Source: an uncultured Bifidobacterium sp.
GTDB lineage: Bacteria > Verrucomicrobiota > Verrucomicrobiia > Limisphaerales > JADJPG01
Length of the DNA: 64,000 bases
Reading direction: 5' to 3'
Assembly: GCA_964491875.1 (NCBI GenBank)
Contig: CAZBIC010000018.1
Span: 37,798 to 101,797, forward strand
In this document: in pieces, positions 7,390 through 16,133 of the stretch
How the letters are laid out: each line of letters starts with the position of its first letter
How positions within the stretch are numbered: the first letter of the stretch is position 1
Made by a program: the position numbers and the translations under genes
Notes under the pieces: generated by a model
Database searches by the model: none
The model's input: only the letters and a program-made list of their open reading frames with translations
Told to the model about the DNA's origin: nothing

Positions 7390-10300
7390 TCAGAATGAAA
7401 CGTTGCCACTCTGGTTGGTGCCGAGGAAGAAGCCTCCGCCAACGTTTTGCTTTTGGAGAACCACGCCTTTGATGCTGCTTTTCTTCAGCGTATCCGGGTG
7501 AACGAACGCGCCGCTGAGCAAGCCAGAGGCGGTAGTCAGGCTGAGCGTGAGTTTGCTGGTGTTGGTCGAAGTGACGGTGAACTTGTTCGCGGAACTGAGG
7601 GCTATGATGTTCGTCATGGGGACCGTCAGATTACCTTGTTCGAGCAGCAGCGGGCCACTGGTCCAGTCCAGCGCTGCTGCGCCTTTGGCCGGGGCGACGT
7701 AGCGAGAACCAAGTGCGAGCGTTTCGTTGGTGAAGCCAGCGAGGTAAATCTTCCCGCCGGCTGTTTCCTTCTTGGTCCACAGCAACAGCCCCGGCGTGTC
7801 GTTGGTGTCATTGTTCAAGATGGTCATCCATCCGATCAGTGATCCTTTGCCTTTGTATAGATTCACGTACACAGGCGTCTGGCCGTTCGCCGCCAACGTC
7901 ATCTTCTGTGCGATGGCGGTACCGTCTGAAAGTGTTCCTTTCAATGAAACCGCTCCGGCCGTGGTGATATCCAATGTCGCTGGACTCTGTCCCACCGGGC
8001 TGGCGGCTGCGTCTTCGCAGCCGGAGAGAAGCATCGTGTATTTGCCGGAATGGTTGGTCGCTGGATTCAACTTCGCATCGAAACCGGTGCGATAGCCAGA
8101 GAGGTCGCTGGTCCAGAATTCATTGCTCACCGTGCCGACTACTTCATCGGAGCCGACAGTCAGTTGGAAGGCCAGCGTGACCGTATTGGTTCCCTTGCGA
8201 AGGATCGTCTTCGTGGCGGCGAGTGACAAATCCAGCGGGCCGCTCACGGAGTAGGCTGCACCCGCGAGCATCAATTTGCCGCTGTAAGTGCCCTTATCCG
8301 TCACGGCGAGAGTGAACGAGCCGGATTGCTCGTGCGGCGGCTCGGGCGCGTTGGGGTAGAAGAGGCCGGAGTAGTTTCCTTTCAGCGTCACGAAGGGATT
8401 GGTCACGAAGTTCGCGACGACGGAAAGGTTTGAGGCCATCACGAAGGTCAGCGTCGCGGAGCTGCTGGATTCGCTGTTCGCGAGCCAGTTGCTGAAGATG
8501 TTGCCGGGCTTCGCCGTGGCCTTCAGTGCGTAAGATTTTCCAAGTTCAAGTAACTGGCCATTCGTCGCGCCGGAGACGAGTCCGCCGCCGTTGATGGTCA
8601 AGGCGAGCGGGAGATTCACTTTGTAGATTACGAGCCGCGTGTTAGTGATCGAGAAGTTGCCGGCCGCATCGGTGGCTGCGATCTGGAACGTGTTGGTTCC
8701 CGGAACGAGACTCGCGGTGGCGCTCCAGGAGTTGGTTCCTGAGGCCGCGACCGCTTCACCGCCGTTGTGTTGTATCAGCACTGACGTGACGGCCTGATTG
8801 TCTGCTGCGGATCCGGTGAGGTTAATCGTGTTCGAGGTGACGGAAGTAACGGCTGCCGCAGGTGAGACTACGATGAGCGTCGGGCGAATCGAATCGGGAG
8901 TGGGCGGGGTCGTCACTGTCAACGTCGCTACGGAGCTGGTCACGGCGCCGGCGACGTTCGTGATGACGACGGTATAGTCGCCGGCGTTGAGCACGACGGC
9001 TGGTGTGAAGGCGAGGGTTGAGTTCGTCGCGCCTGCGACGGCTACGCCCGTCTTGCGCCATTGATAACGGAGAGGCGCAGTGCCCGTCGCGGTGACACTG
9101 AACGTTGCGTTGCTGCCGGACGTCACCGTGACGCTCTCGGGCTGCGAGGAAATGCCGGGAGCTTCCGGCGCCGGGTTCACGGTTACTGATGCGACGGAAC
9201 TGGTGATCGAACCGACGGAATTGGTGACGATGACCTGGTAATTGCCTGCGTCATTGGTCGTCAAGCTTGTGAGCGTGAGCGACGCATTGGTGCCTGTTGT
9301 GACGTTGCTGCCTTCGTGCTGCCACTGAAAGGCGAGGGTCGCGGTGCCGGAAGCAATTACACTCAACGTTATACTGCCGCCAACGGTTCCAGTTTGACTG
9401 GCAGGTTGTGTTGAAATTGTGGGCGCGACGGGGGCGGAGTTCACCGTCAGCGTCGCTACTGAACTCGTGATCGAACCCGCGCTGTTGGTAACCACCACCG
9501 TGTAGCTGCCAGCGTCGCCCGTGATCGTGCTGGGCAGAGTGTACGTCGCGCTGTTTGCGCCGGTGATGAACGTTCCGTTCTTTCGCCAGCGATATCCCAG
9601 CGTCGCGGTGCCTGCGGCAACCACGGTAAAGCTCGCGCTGTTACCAGCGGTCACCGTCTGGCCGGAGGGCTGTGATGAAATCGATGGAGGAACGAGCACG
9701 GTCAGCGTCGCGGTGGAGCTTGTGATTGAGCCGTAGCTGTTGGTGATAACGACGGCGTAGCTGCCCGCGTGGTTGGTGGTGGTGCTGGAAAGTGTCAGCG
9801 TGGAATTCGTCGCTCCGCTTACGGACACGCCGTTCGTGCGCCATTGATAGCGGAGCGTGCCTGAACCGCTTGCCACCACGCTGAATGTCGTTGTAACTCC
9901 GTTGGTCACCGTGCGGCTCGTCGGTTGTGTCGATATCGTGGGAGGTGTCGTGCCGCTGCCTCCTGCGACGATGGTTAGGGTAAGATTTTTGGTCACTGTA
10001 CGATTTGCCCGGCCGCTGTCGGAAGCCGTCAACAGGACAGTAAACACACCTTCCTCTGTTGGCGTTCCTGTGATTCGTCCGGTCGAGGTGGCGCACGCCA
10101 AGCCGGTGGGAAGTGGCACTGCGGAAAACGTGTTCGCCGTGTCAGGGCCGGTGGTGATGCGGTATGAGAACGGAAGGCCGTTGGTGCCTCTCGCTGTCGC
10201 GGCGCTGGTGATGGTTGTTGAGGCACCGGACACCGCATTATACCCACCCATCAACGCGGCGAGACCGGCGATCCAGGTCGATACGATGGCGTAGCTGGAT

Positions 10301-10395
10301 CCCGCTACTGGAGTTGCCGTCAGGAAGACGCGCGTTACTGGGAGCACCTGCAGCGCGAGCGCGAGCAGGAGCGAGGGAATGTGAGTGGCTTTCAT
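7390..10395 (-). CDS. Large surface protein: conserved N-terminal module, He_PIG domain, four I-set Ig repeats and further Ig-like/beta domains
   Basis: The N-terminus is MKATHIPSLLLALALQVLPVTRVF...AIVSTWIAGLAALMGGYNAVSGAS. The He_PIG-like segment is PLPTGLACATSTGRITGTPTEEGVFTVLLTASD. The four roughly 88-aa repeats carry L[RGA][YF][QR]W and GxY.V.[IV]TN motifs. It ends in ...GNVSF. Confidence 0.85.
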   Translation of the reverse strand: MKATHIPSLLLALALQVLPVTRVFLTATPVAGSSYAIVSTWIAGLAALMGGYNAVSGASTTITSAATARGTNGLPFSYRITTGPDTANTFSAVPLPTGLACATSTGRITGTPTEEGVFTVLLTASDSGRANRTVTKNLTLTIVAGGSGTTPPTISTQPTSRTVTNGVTTTFSVVASGSGTLRYQWRTNGVSVSGATNSTLTLSSTTTNHAGSYAVVITNSYGSITSSTATLTVLVPPSISSQPSGQTVTAGNSASFTVVAAGTATLGYRWRKNGTFITGANSATYTLPSTITGDAGSYTVVVTNSAGSITSSVATLTVNSAPVAPTISTQPASQTGTVGGSITLSVIASGTATLAFQWQHEGSNVTTGTNASLTLTSLTTNDAGNYQVIVTNSVGSITSSVASVTVNPAPEAPGISSQPESVTVTSGSNATFSVTATGTAPLRYQWRKTGVAVAGATNSTLAFTPAVVLNAGDYTVVITNVAGAVTSSVATLTVTTPPTPDSIRPTLIVVSPAAAVTSVTSNTINLTGSAADNQAVTSVLIQHNGGEAVAASGTNSWSATASLVPGTNTFQIAATDAAGNFSITNTRLVIYKVNLPLALTINGGGLVSGATNGQLLELGKSYALKATAKPGNIFSNWLANSESSSSATLTFVMASNLSVVANFVTNPFVTLKGNYSGLFYPNAPEPPHEQSGSFTLAVTDKGTYSGKLMLAGAAYSVSGPLDLSLAATKTILRKGTNTVTLAFQLTVGSDEVVGTVSNEFWTSDLSGYRTGFDAKLNPATNHSGKYTMLLSGCEDAAASPVGQSPATLDITTAGAVSLKGTLSDGTAIAQKMTLAANGQTPVYVNLYKGKGSLIGWMTILNNDTNDTPGLLLWTKKETAGGKIYLAGFTNETLALGSRYVAPAKGAAALDWTSGPLLLEQGNLTVPMTNIIALSSANKFTVTSTNTSKLTLSLTTASGLLSGAFVHPDTLKKSSIKGVVLQKQNVGGGFFLGTNQSGNVSF
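8908..9945 (-). repeat. Four tandem coding repeats of about 264 bp (I-set Ig domains)
   Basis: These are protein residues 151-496 of the 7390..10395 product. The units begin PPTISTQP..., PPSISSQP..., APTISTQP... and APGISSQP.... Each ends in ...SS.A[TS][LV]TV. Confidence 0.85.
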
Positions 10396-10490
10396 AGATG
10401 TTCCATTCTAGGTCAAACAGGTCGCTGAACTTTCGAGTAGACCTTGAGTGTGCAGCATCCATGCCGCGGACCGCCTGGTCCGTTTTCAAC

Positions 10491-11417
10491 TCACGGCAAT
10501 GTCATTCGTATTTGGTAAAGTCTTGCAGGTGCGGTGGCGCTGGACGCTGTCACGGTCGTGTTGGCGGACGATGCGCTTGCGGGCCAGTTCGTCCACTGCT
10601 GCCAGGTGGAACCTTCGGTGGGTTCCTTGAATTGAATTTCATACGCGGCACCGGACTCGCGAACAAAGCCAAGGTCGAGCTGTCCGTCATGCAACTGGAA
10701 GTTCGTGAAGCGGGGCGCCGGGACGACTGTCACCACGGCGTTGCTGCTCACGGTGACGCCGTATTGCGAGGCCACATACACATTGTAGGTGCCTGCCTGA
10801 TTGGTGGACACGGCGCCAAAGTTCAGCGAGGCGTTTGTCTCGCCCGTGATGGCTGCGCCGTCCTTGCGCCACATGTAGCGGAGGGGCTCAGGTCCGGTCG
10901 CGGACACGGTCAGGGTGACAGACGAACCTTCTGTCGTACGGGTGCCTTGGGGTTGACCGGTGACGATCGGAAAGCCGCCGTTCCGTGGTTTGACGGTGAG
11001 AATGAGAACTTTTCTGACGGTCCGATCAGCCCGCTGATTGTCCGATGCGGTGAGGAGAACGGAGTAGACTCCATTGGTCGTCGGAGTTCCAGTGATGCGA
11101 CCGACGGTGGTGCTGATGGTCAGGCCGGGAGGCAGGTTCGAGGCGGCAAACCGATTTGCTGCGTCAGGTCCAGTGGTGACACGATAGTTGAAGGCGGTCC
11201 CATTTGTGGCGGTCGCGGTCGCGGGGCTGGTGATGGTGGTCGACGCTCCTGAGACGGCGTTGTAGCTGCCCAGCAATGCGCCCAGTCCGGCCAGCCAGGT
11301 GGAAACGATCGCAAAGCTGGTTCCGGCACTAGAGGTGGCGGAGACGAATACCCGCGTGACGGGCAGGACTTGCAGGACGATGGCGAGGACGAGAGATGGT
11401 ATACGAGATGTGTTCAT
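10491..11417 (-). CDS. Surface protein paralog: conserved N-terminal module, He_PIG, one I-set Ig and a C-terminal FYRL-type domain
   Basis: The start is taken at the Met at 11417 (MNTSRIPSLVLAIVLQVLPVTRVF...AIVSTWLAGLGALLGSYNAVSGAS). Other motifs are LPPGLTISTTVGRITGTPTTNGVYSVLLTASD and LRYMWRKDG...GTYNVYV. It ends in ...ARLYQIRMTLP. Confidence 0.8.
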   Translation of the reverse strand: MNTSRIPSLVLAIVLQVLPVTRVFVSATSSAGTSFAIVSTWLAGLGALLGSYNAVSGASTTITSPATATATNGTAFNYRVTTGPDAANRFAASNLPPGLTISTTVGRITGTPTTNGVYSVLLTASDNQRADRTVRKVLILTVKPRNGGFPIVTGQPQGTRTTEGSSVTLTVSATGPEPLRYMWRKDGAAITGETNASLNFGAVSTNQAGTYNVYVASQYGVTVSSNAVVTVVPAPRFTNFQLHDGQLDLGFVRESGAAYEIQFKEPTEGSTWQQWTNWPASASSANTTVTASSATAPARLYQIRMTLP

Positions 11418-11481
11418 GAGAGAGAGTCCGTTCTGAGATTGCTGAGTTGATGAGAATGGTTCACAGGACACCACGAGAGAT

Positions 11482-13188
11482 CTATGGAGAGAGCGCGGCC
11501 GTGCGGGTCGGTGTGCCAGCGACGGCTGGACTTGCTGACGTCGGCGTGAGCACCACGAACGATGGCAAGCCGAGGACTTTGAAGTAATCGAGCACTTCCT
11601 TGGTGGGAGGATGGTTCAAGCGCTCCGTCTGCAATCGCAACTGGCGGAAGCCCGCAAGGCGTTCCTTGACCGCGGGCGATTGGAACGTGGTGTGTTCCAT
11701 CGCCGAACAGTTCTTGCACCAGCTCGCCCAGAAATCGATGAACACCGGCTGTCCGCTGGCGCGTGCTTCCGCAAGGCCCGTGGCCAGTTGCTCGGATAGC
11801 GCCGCTTGAACTTCAGCCACGTCTGATTTGCCCGTGGCGGACGCGGTCATCAAACCATCCGAAGTGCGGAACAAGCTGACCGCCAGATGACCGTAGTAGA
11901 GCGCGAAGAGGATGATGAACACGCCGAAGCCGTACTTCACGCGCGCCATCCAGCGCCCGGGTTTGGGCAGGAAGGAAAGTCCCGCGCCAGCGAACGGCCA
12001 CGGCAGGCCCATGCCGATTCCCAGAAGGAACGGGAGAAACAATCCGGCAATGATGCCTTTGTTGTAGAACGTGGTCGCCTGCAGCAGCACCGAGATGACG
12101 ACTGGTGCCACGCACGCGCCGGCGAGCAACGCCGCCACGGTGCCCATCGAGTAGGCCGCGAGAAACTTGCTCTTGGAGGAACCGCTACCGCCGGAGCCTT
12201 GTCCTTGGAAACGCGAGAGATCGATCGCGAGCACGTCGAACATGCCGAGCGCGAGCACAATGAAGACGAGGGCGATGCCGAGGTTGAACCACGGCGAGGA
12301 GTTCAGCGTGCCGAATTTGGAGCCGGTGAGGACCACGACGAGGCCAAGGATGCCGTACGCTAGCGCCATCCCTGCGGCGTAAGTGGCGCCGAGGGCGAAG
12401 CCGCGTTTCTTGGAACCGGCCTGCGCGCCGGCGCCGATGATGGCGATGTTGATCGGAATCATCGGCAGCACGCACGGCGTGAGGTTCAACGCCGCACCGC
12501 CGAGGACGATCAGCAACATCGTGAGAACCACGCCCCAGAAGCCGCTGCCCGCCGCGAGACCTTCTGCCGCAGGCTGGCCCGACTTCGACTGGTCGAGGAA
12601 CTCGATAAATTCCTTCTCCTTCAAGTAACCGCTGCCGCGCGCGCTGACGGTGAAGCCTTCCGCGAGCTTGCGCCACTCGGCCGCGGATGCAGTTGCGGTA
12701 GCCGTCGGAGCCGCTTCATCGCGGAGCGCCGCCACCTTCCCATTCGGCGAGATGCTGAACTTCAGTTCCTCGGGGAAGAAACAGTTCGCTTCATCGCAAC
12801 CCTGGAAGTTGACGGTCAAAGTCGAGGCTCCCGTGGCGGAACCGGGCATGATCGCGGTGGATTCAAACGACGAGCGAAACACCTGCTTCTCCTTGCCGCT
12901 GAACTTGTCCTTAACCACGACCGGTTCCGGCAGCGCGAACGAAGGCGTTGTGTCCGCAGCGCCGCCAGTGGACCAGGCGAACGACAGCTTGTCCGCGTAA
13001 AGGATGTGATTCGTCGGGATGGCGAATGAGACGGTGACGATGCTGACCTCATTGCTCACCTGCACGCGCGGCGTGACCGTGAATGGGCTGACTTCGTCCT
13101 CTGCGCTGGCCATCGAAACAAAGGCGGTTTGGAGCAATAGCAGTCCAGCCAAGGCACGGGACACCGCTGGGATAACAATCCTTTTCAT
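11482..13188 (-). CDS. dsbD: Thiol:disulfide interchange protein DsbD/ScsB-like
   Basis: The N-terminal domain has CDEANC. The membrane core has LTPCVLPMIP and GACVAPV. The C-terminal thioredoxin has FWASWCKNC. Confidence 0.85.
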   Translation of the reverse strand: MKRIVIPAVSRALAGLLLLQTAFVSMASAEDEVSPFTVTPRVQVSNEVSIVTVSFAIPTNHILYADKLSFAWSTGGAADTTPSFALPEPVVVKDKFSGKEKQVFRSSFESTAIMPGSATGASTLTVNFQGCDEANCFFPEELKFSISPNGKVAALRDEAAPTATATASAAEWRKLAEGFTVSARGSGYLKEKEFIEFLDQSKSGQPAAEGLAAGSGFWGVVLTMLLIVLGGAALNLTPCVLPMIPINIAIIGAGAQAGSKKRGFALGATYAAGMALAYGILGLVVVLTGSKFGTLNSSPWFNLGIALVFIVLALGMFDVLAIDLSRFQGQGSGGSGSSKSKFLAAYSMGTVAALLAGACVAPVVISVLLQATTFYNKGIIAGLFLPFLLGIGMGLPWPFAGAGLSFLPKPGRWMARVKYGFGVFIILFALYYGHLAVSLFRTSDGLMTASATGKSDVAEVQAALSEQLATGLAEARASGQPVFIDFWASWCKNCSAMEHTTFQSPAVKERLAGFRQLRLQTERLNHPPTKEVLDYFKVLGLPSFVVLTPTSASPAVAGTPTRTAALSP

Positions 13189-13224
13189 ACGTCTTAAACT
13201 TTTGGTTACTTCGGGAACGAAGAC

Positions 13225-13443
13225 TCAGTTGCACCCGCAACCGCCGCCACCAACACCGCGCCCGCCGGACGCCGCCTCGCGCGAGAACCACATGTGTTCG
13301 GAGAACGCGTTGGCGAGGGGCTCACGGTCTGCGCGCATCGTGTAGTCGGCGGTCGTGCCGCGCTCCCACGGATTCACATGCGTGCAACCGGAGGTGAAGG
13401 CGAGGCCCGCGACGGCACCGAGGAGAAGAAGTTTTGGTTTCAT
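13225..13443 (-). CDS. DUF4266 lipoprotein
   Basis: This is a 72-aa protein with the lipobox LAFTSGC and a C-terminal GGGGCGCN. It is a paralog of 27755..27973. Confidence 0.8.
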   Translation of the reverse strand: MKPKLLLLGAVAGLAFTSGCTHVNPWERGTTADYTMRADREPLANAFSEHMWFSREAASGGRGVGGGGCGCN

Positions 13444-13976
13444 TATTCCTTGCTGGCGACGGCGGTGCCGATCAGCGCTTCGACTTCCTTCACATATTGT
13501 TTGTGTGTCTCGGAGCCGTGGAATCCTTTGTGTACTGACGTTACTTTGCCGTCAGGGCTCACCACGAACGAGGTCGGCATTGATTTGATCGCGGCTCGAC
13601 CGACGAGCTTCTTGGAGGCGTCACGCACCACCGTGAAGGTCACCGGATGTTTCTTGAGGAAGTCGTCCATCGTCGCGCGGTCTTCGTCTAGGTTCACCGC
13701 CAGCACGACGAGGCCCTTCTTGCCGAACTTCGTTTGCAGCTCTTCCATCACCGGGAAGGAGTCCTTGCACGGTCCGCACCACGACGCCCAGAAATCGACG
13801 ATGACCACTTTGCCTTTCAACGATTCCGGCAGCTTGCCTTCGAGCTGGAACTCGGAGAGTTCGGGAAAGGTGTCGCCGACTTTGATGCCCTTGTCCGCGG
13901 CAAACGCGCCGGAGGCGGTGAGGCAGAGTGCGAGTAATCCGGCCAGAACGGCTTTTTTAACGGGTGATGTATTCAT
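13443..13976 (-). CDS. TlpA-family periplasmic thiol-disulfide oxidoreductase
   Basis: It has a signal peptide and the motif VVIVDFWASWCGPC. It is a paralog of 27970..28509. Confidence 0.85.
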   Translation of the reverse strand: MNTSPVKKAVLAGLLALCLTASGAFAADKGIKVGDTFPELSEFQLEGKLPESLKGKVVIVDFWASWCGPCKDSFPVMEELQTKFGKKGLVVLAVNLDEDRATMDDFLKKHPVTFTVVRDASKKLVGRAAIKSMPTSFVVSPDGKVTSVHKGFHGSETHKQYVKEVEALIGTAVASKE

Positions 13977-14943
13977 GGAACTTCCTGGTTTGATGACGTG
14001 CGTTTTCAGTGAGGATGCAACCTTCGGCGCCCATGTGGGTGCTGATGAGGTTCAGGCCCTCCGATGGCCCTAAAATAAAAGCGGTCGTGGAGAGGACACC
14101 CGCGACGGTGCAACTGGGAGCGATGATGGAAACTGCGCGGCAGCCGTTGTCCACCGGGCGACCGGTGCGGGGATCGAGAATGTGTCCGTAACGCCGACCG
14201 TCAGCGGTGAAACAACGAAGATAATCACCCGACGTGGCCACCGCCATGTCGCGCACTGCAACTCCCGTCCAGCACTTGCCCGGCGCATTCGGATCCTCGA
14301 GGCCGATGTGCCACGCCGGCTTCCCGGGAGCCTGGCCGAGCACGCGAACGTCCTGGCCGAAATCAATGAGCGCGTTCTTGATGCCGTGCTCAACGGCAAT
14401 CTCCGTCACGCGATCCACGGCGTACTCCTTGCCGATGCCGCCGAAGTCGATGCACATGCCAGCGCGCGGCAGGAACACCGCGCCTTTGCGACGCTGAATC
14501 TTGCGTAGGCCAACCAGCTCGCGGGCGGCGGCGATCGCGGCGTCCGTCGGGATGACAGGCGGGCTGGCCTTCCAGTCCCACAACCGGATCAATGGAAGCG
14601 CCGTGGGGTCGAACGCGCCGCGCGTGAAGAAGTAAAGTTCCTGGCAGAGCGTGAAGAAACGCTCCGTCTCCTCATCGATCTCCGTCCACTCGACGCCCGC
14701 ATTCTGGTTGATGCGACTGACCAGGCTTTCCGGCAGAAAGCGCGAATATTTCGCCTCGAACTCCGCCACCCAGCGAATCGCCGCCTGCTTGAACTGCTCC
14801 GCCGTCACGCGCGATTCGGCGCCCACGGTGATCTCGCACCGGGTGCCCATCGCGCGGAACCCAAACTTCTGCGCGCCATCGGCAGAGAGTTCCTGGACGG
14901 ACTCGCTGATTCGCTTGAGGACGATGTCAGCGGCTAGAACCAT
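13957..14943 (-). CDS. apbE: FAD:protein FMN transferase (ApbE family)
   Basis: FRAMGTRCEITV, IDFGGIGKEYAVD, GDYLRCF and GHILDPRTGRP are typical ApbE motifs. No signal peptide or lipobox is evident at the called N-terminus. Confidence 0.85.
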   Translation of the reverse strand: MVLAADIVLKRISESVQELSADGAQKFGFRAMGTRCEITVGAESRVTAEQFKQAAIRWVAEFEAKYSRFLPESLVSRINQNAGVEWTEIDEETERFFTLCQELYFFTRGAFDPTALPLIRLWDWKASPPVIPTDAAIAAARELVGLRKIQRRKGAVFLPRAGMCIDFGGIGKEYAVDRVTEIAVEHGIKNALIDFGQDVRVLGQAPGKPAWHIGLEDPNAPGKCWTGVAVRDMAVATSGDYLRCFTADGRRYGHILDPRTGRPVDNGCRAVSIIAPSCTVAGVLSTTAFILGPSEGLNLISTHMGAEGCILTENARHQTRKFHEYITR

Positions 14944-16133
14944 ACGCGCACTCCTCCCGAGAAGACGTTGGCGTTCGGATACGCGTCCTTCGCGGTCGCG
15001 TTGTCCTTGCCCACCATGTCATAGCGCTTGTAGGCGAAGTCCAGCGACACGCGATCCTTGATCTTCCACGTCGCGCTCAAGCCGTAGGTGAACGTCTGCA
15101 TCGCCGAGAGCCGGTAATCAGCGGAATAGTGTTCCGGGATCGGAACATAAAACGGATCATCCGGCGGCAGGCTGGCATCGCCGGCAAATCTCACTCCGTA
15201 GAAGCTCGCCGCAGACTGGTCAACAAATCGGAACGACGGCGCCACCACGATGTGTTTGCCGAGCTTTTGATACCAGGTCAGCGCAACCGTGTGGCTCGCG
15301 ACGTTGTAGGAGTCATGATAAAAGCGGTACACCAACTCTGCGCTGCCCTTCAACGGCGTGACAAAGTGCGTCAATGCCAGGTAGCCGATCTGTTTGTCGC
15401 GATAGCCTGGACGCTTCTCGCGGAAGAGCGTGTTCGGATCCGGATAGTCATCGAAGCGAACGCCCTTGTAGGGATCGTTCATGTAGCCATTGGCCGCGCC
15501 CAGCGTGAGGTTCGCCGTCAGAATCGTTTTCGGCCCGAGCAACTGCGTTACGCCGATCAGCACATCGCCGCTGTTCTTGTACTCTTTGTCGCCGAACCAG
15601 AAGTCCGGCATGATCGTGTCGTAGGTGTAAGCAAACCCCAGCGCCAGCGTCGTGTTCTTGTCGTTGAAATCAATCGTGTGATTCAGTGAAAAGCCAACGG
15701 ACTCGTAATCGCCTTCGAGACTGTAGGCGAGTTGAGGAGTCGTGGTATGCCGGCCGCCCCACTTGACCGGCACCTGCAAGTTTCCCGCCGTGCGTTCGTC
15801 GTCCATCGTCGCCACCGGAACGCGCTTGCTGCCGGTCGGAGCGGGACCGCCCGTTGGAGTCGCGCCGGAGATCGCGTCGAAAACCAATTCGCCGTGGACT
15901 GAAACGGCTGGCGAGACTTCGAACTCGGCGAGAACACCATGGGTTCGCACATGAATGCGCCCGCTCTCCTCGCGATAATCCTCATATTTGTAGTCGGCAT
16001 GATTCTCACCACGCACGCGTTGGGCGAGCAAGGCCTGGAGGCAGACTCCGATGAAGACGCCGAGCCAGCGTTTGATGAGTGGCAGCCTCGAGCACCACAC
16101 CGTGATGGATACGTTATGAGTTGATGACTTCAT
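14934..16133 (-). CDS. DUF3570 outer-membrane beta-barrel-like protein with a DAISGAT motif
   Basis: DYKYEDYREESGRIHV...ELVFDAISGATPTGGP. It ends in an aromatic residue (...GGVRVWF). The start is taken at the Met at 16133 (the track ORF extends to 16229). DAISGAT is encoded at 15858-15878. Confidence 0.8.
   Translation of the reverse strand: MKSSTHNVSITVWCSRLPLIKRWLGVFIGVCLQALLAQRVRGENHADYKYEDYREESGRIHVRTHGVLAEFEVSPAVSVHGELVFDAISGATPTGGPAPTGSKRVPVATMDDERTAGNLQVPVKWGGRHTTTPQLAYSLEGDYESVGFSLNHTIDFNDKNTTLALGFAYTYDTIMPDFWFGDKEYKNSGDVLIGVTQLLGPKTILTANLTLGAANGYMNDPYKGVRFDDYPDPNTLFREKRPGYRDKQIGYLALTHFVTPLKGSAELVYRFYHDSYNVASHTVALTWYQKLGKHIVVAPSFRFVDQSAASFYGVRFAGDASLPPDDPFYVPIPEHYSADYRLSAMQTFTYGLSATWKIKDRVSLDFAYKRYDMVGKDNATAKDAYPNANVFSGGVRVWF

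Noticed and set aside
9800-9835. Additional SGAT strings inside the 1001-aa protein, considered as extra flavinylation sites (..NGVSVSGATNSTL.. in Ig repeat 1, and ..GGLVSGATNGQ.. further on).
   Set aside because: - They lack the preceding D/N-[AG] context.
- GATNSTL is a generic feature of this type of Ig repeat.
- They are not conserved among the three paralogs, unlike the N-terminal [ND]AVSGAS.
8908-9945. Regular periodicity of about 264 bp, considered as a possible CRISPR or non-coding tandem array.
   Set aside because: - The period is coding, corresponding to four I-set Ig domains in one continuous ORF.
- The units are diverged at the DNA level.
- There is no short repeat/spacer structure.
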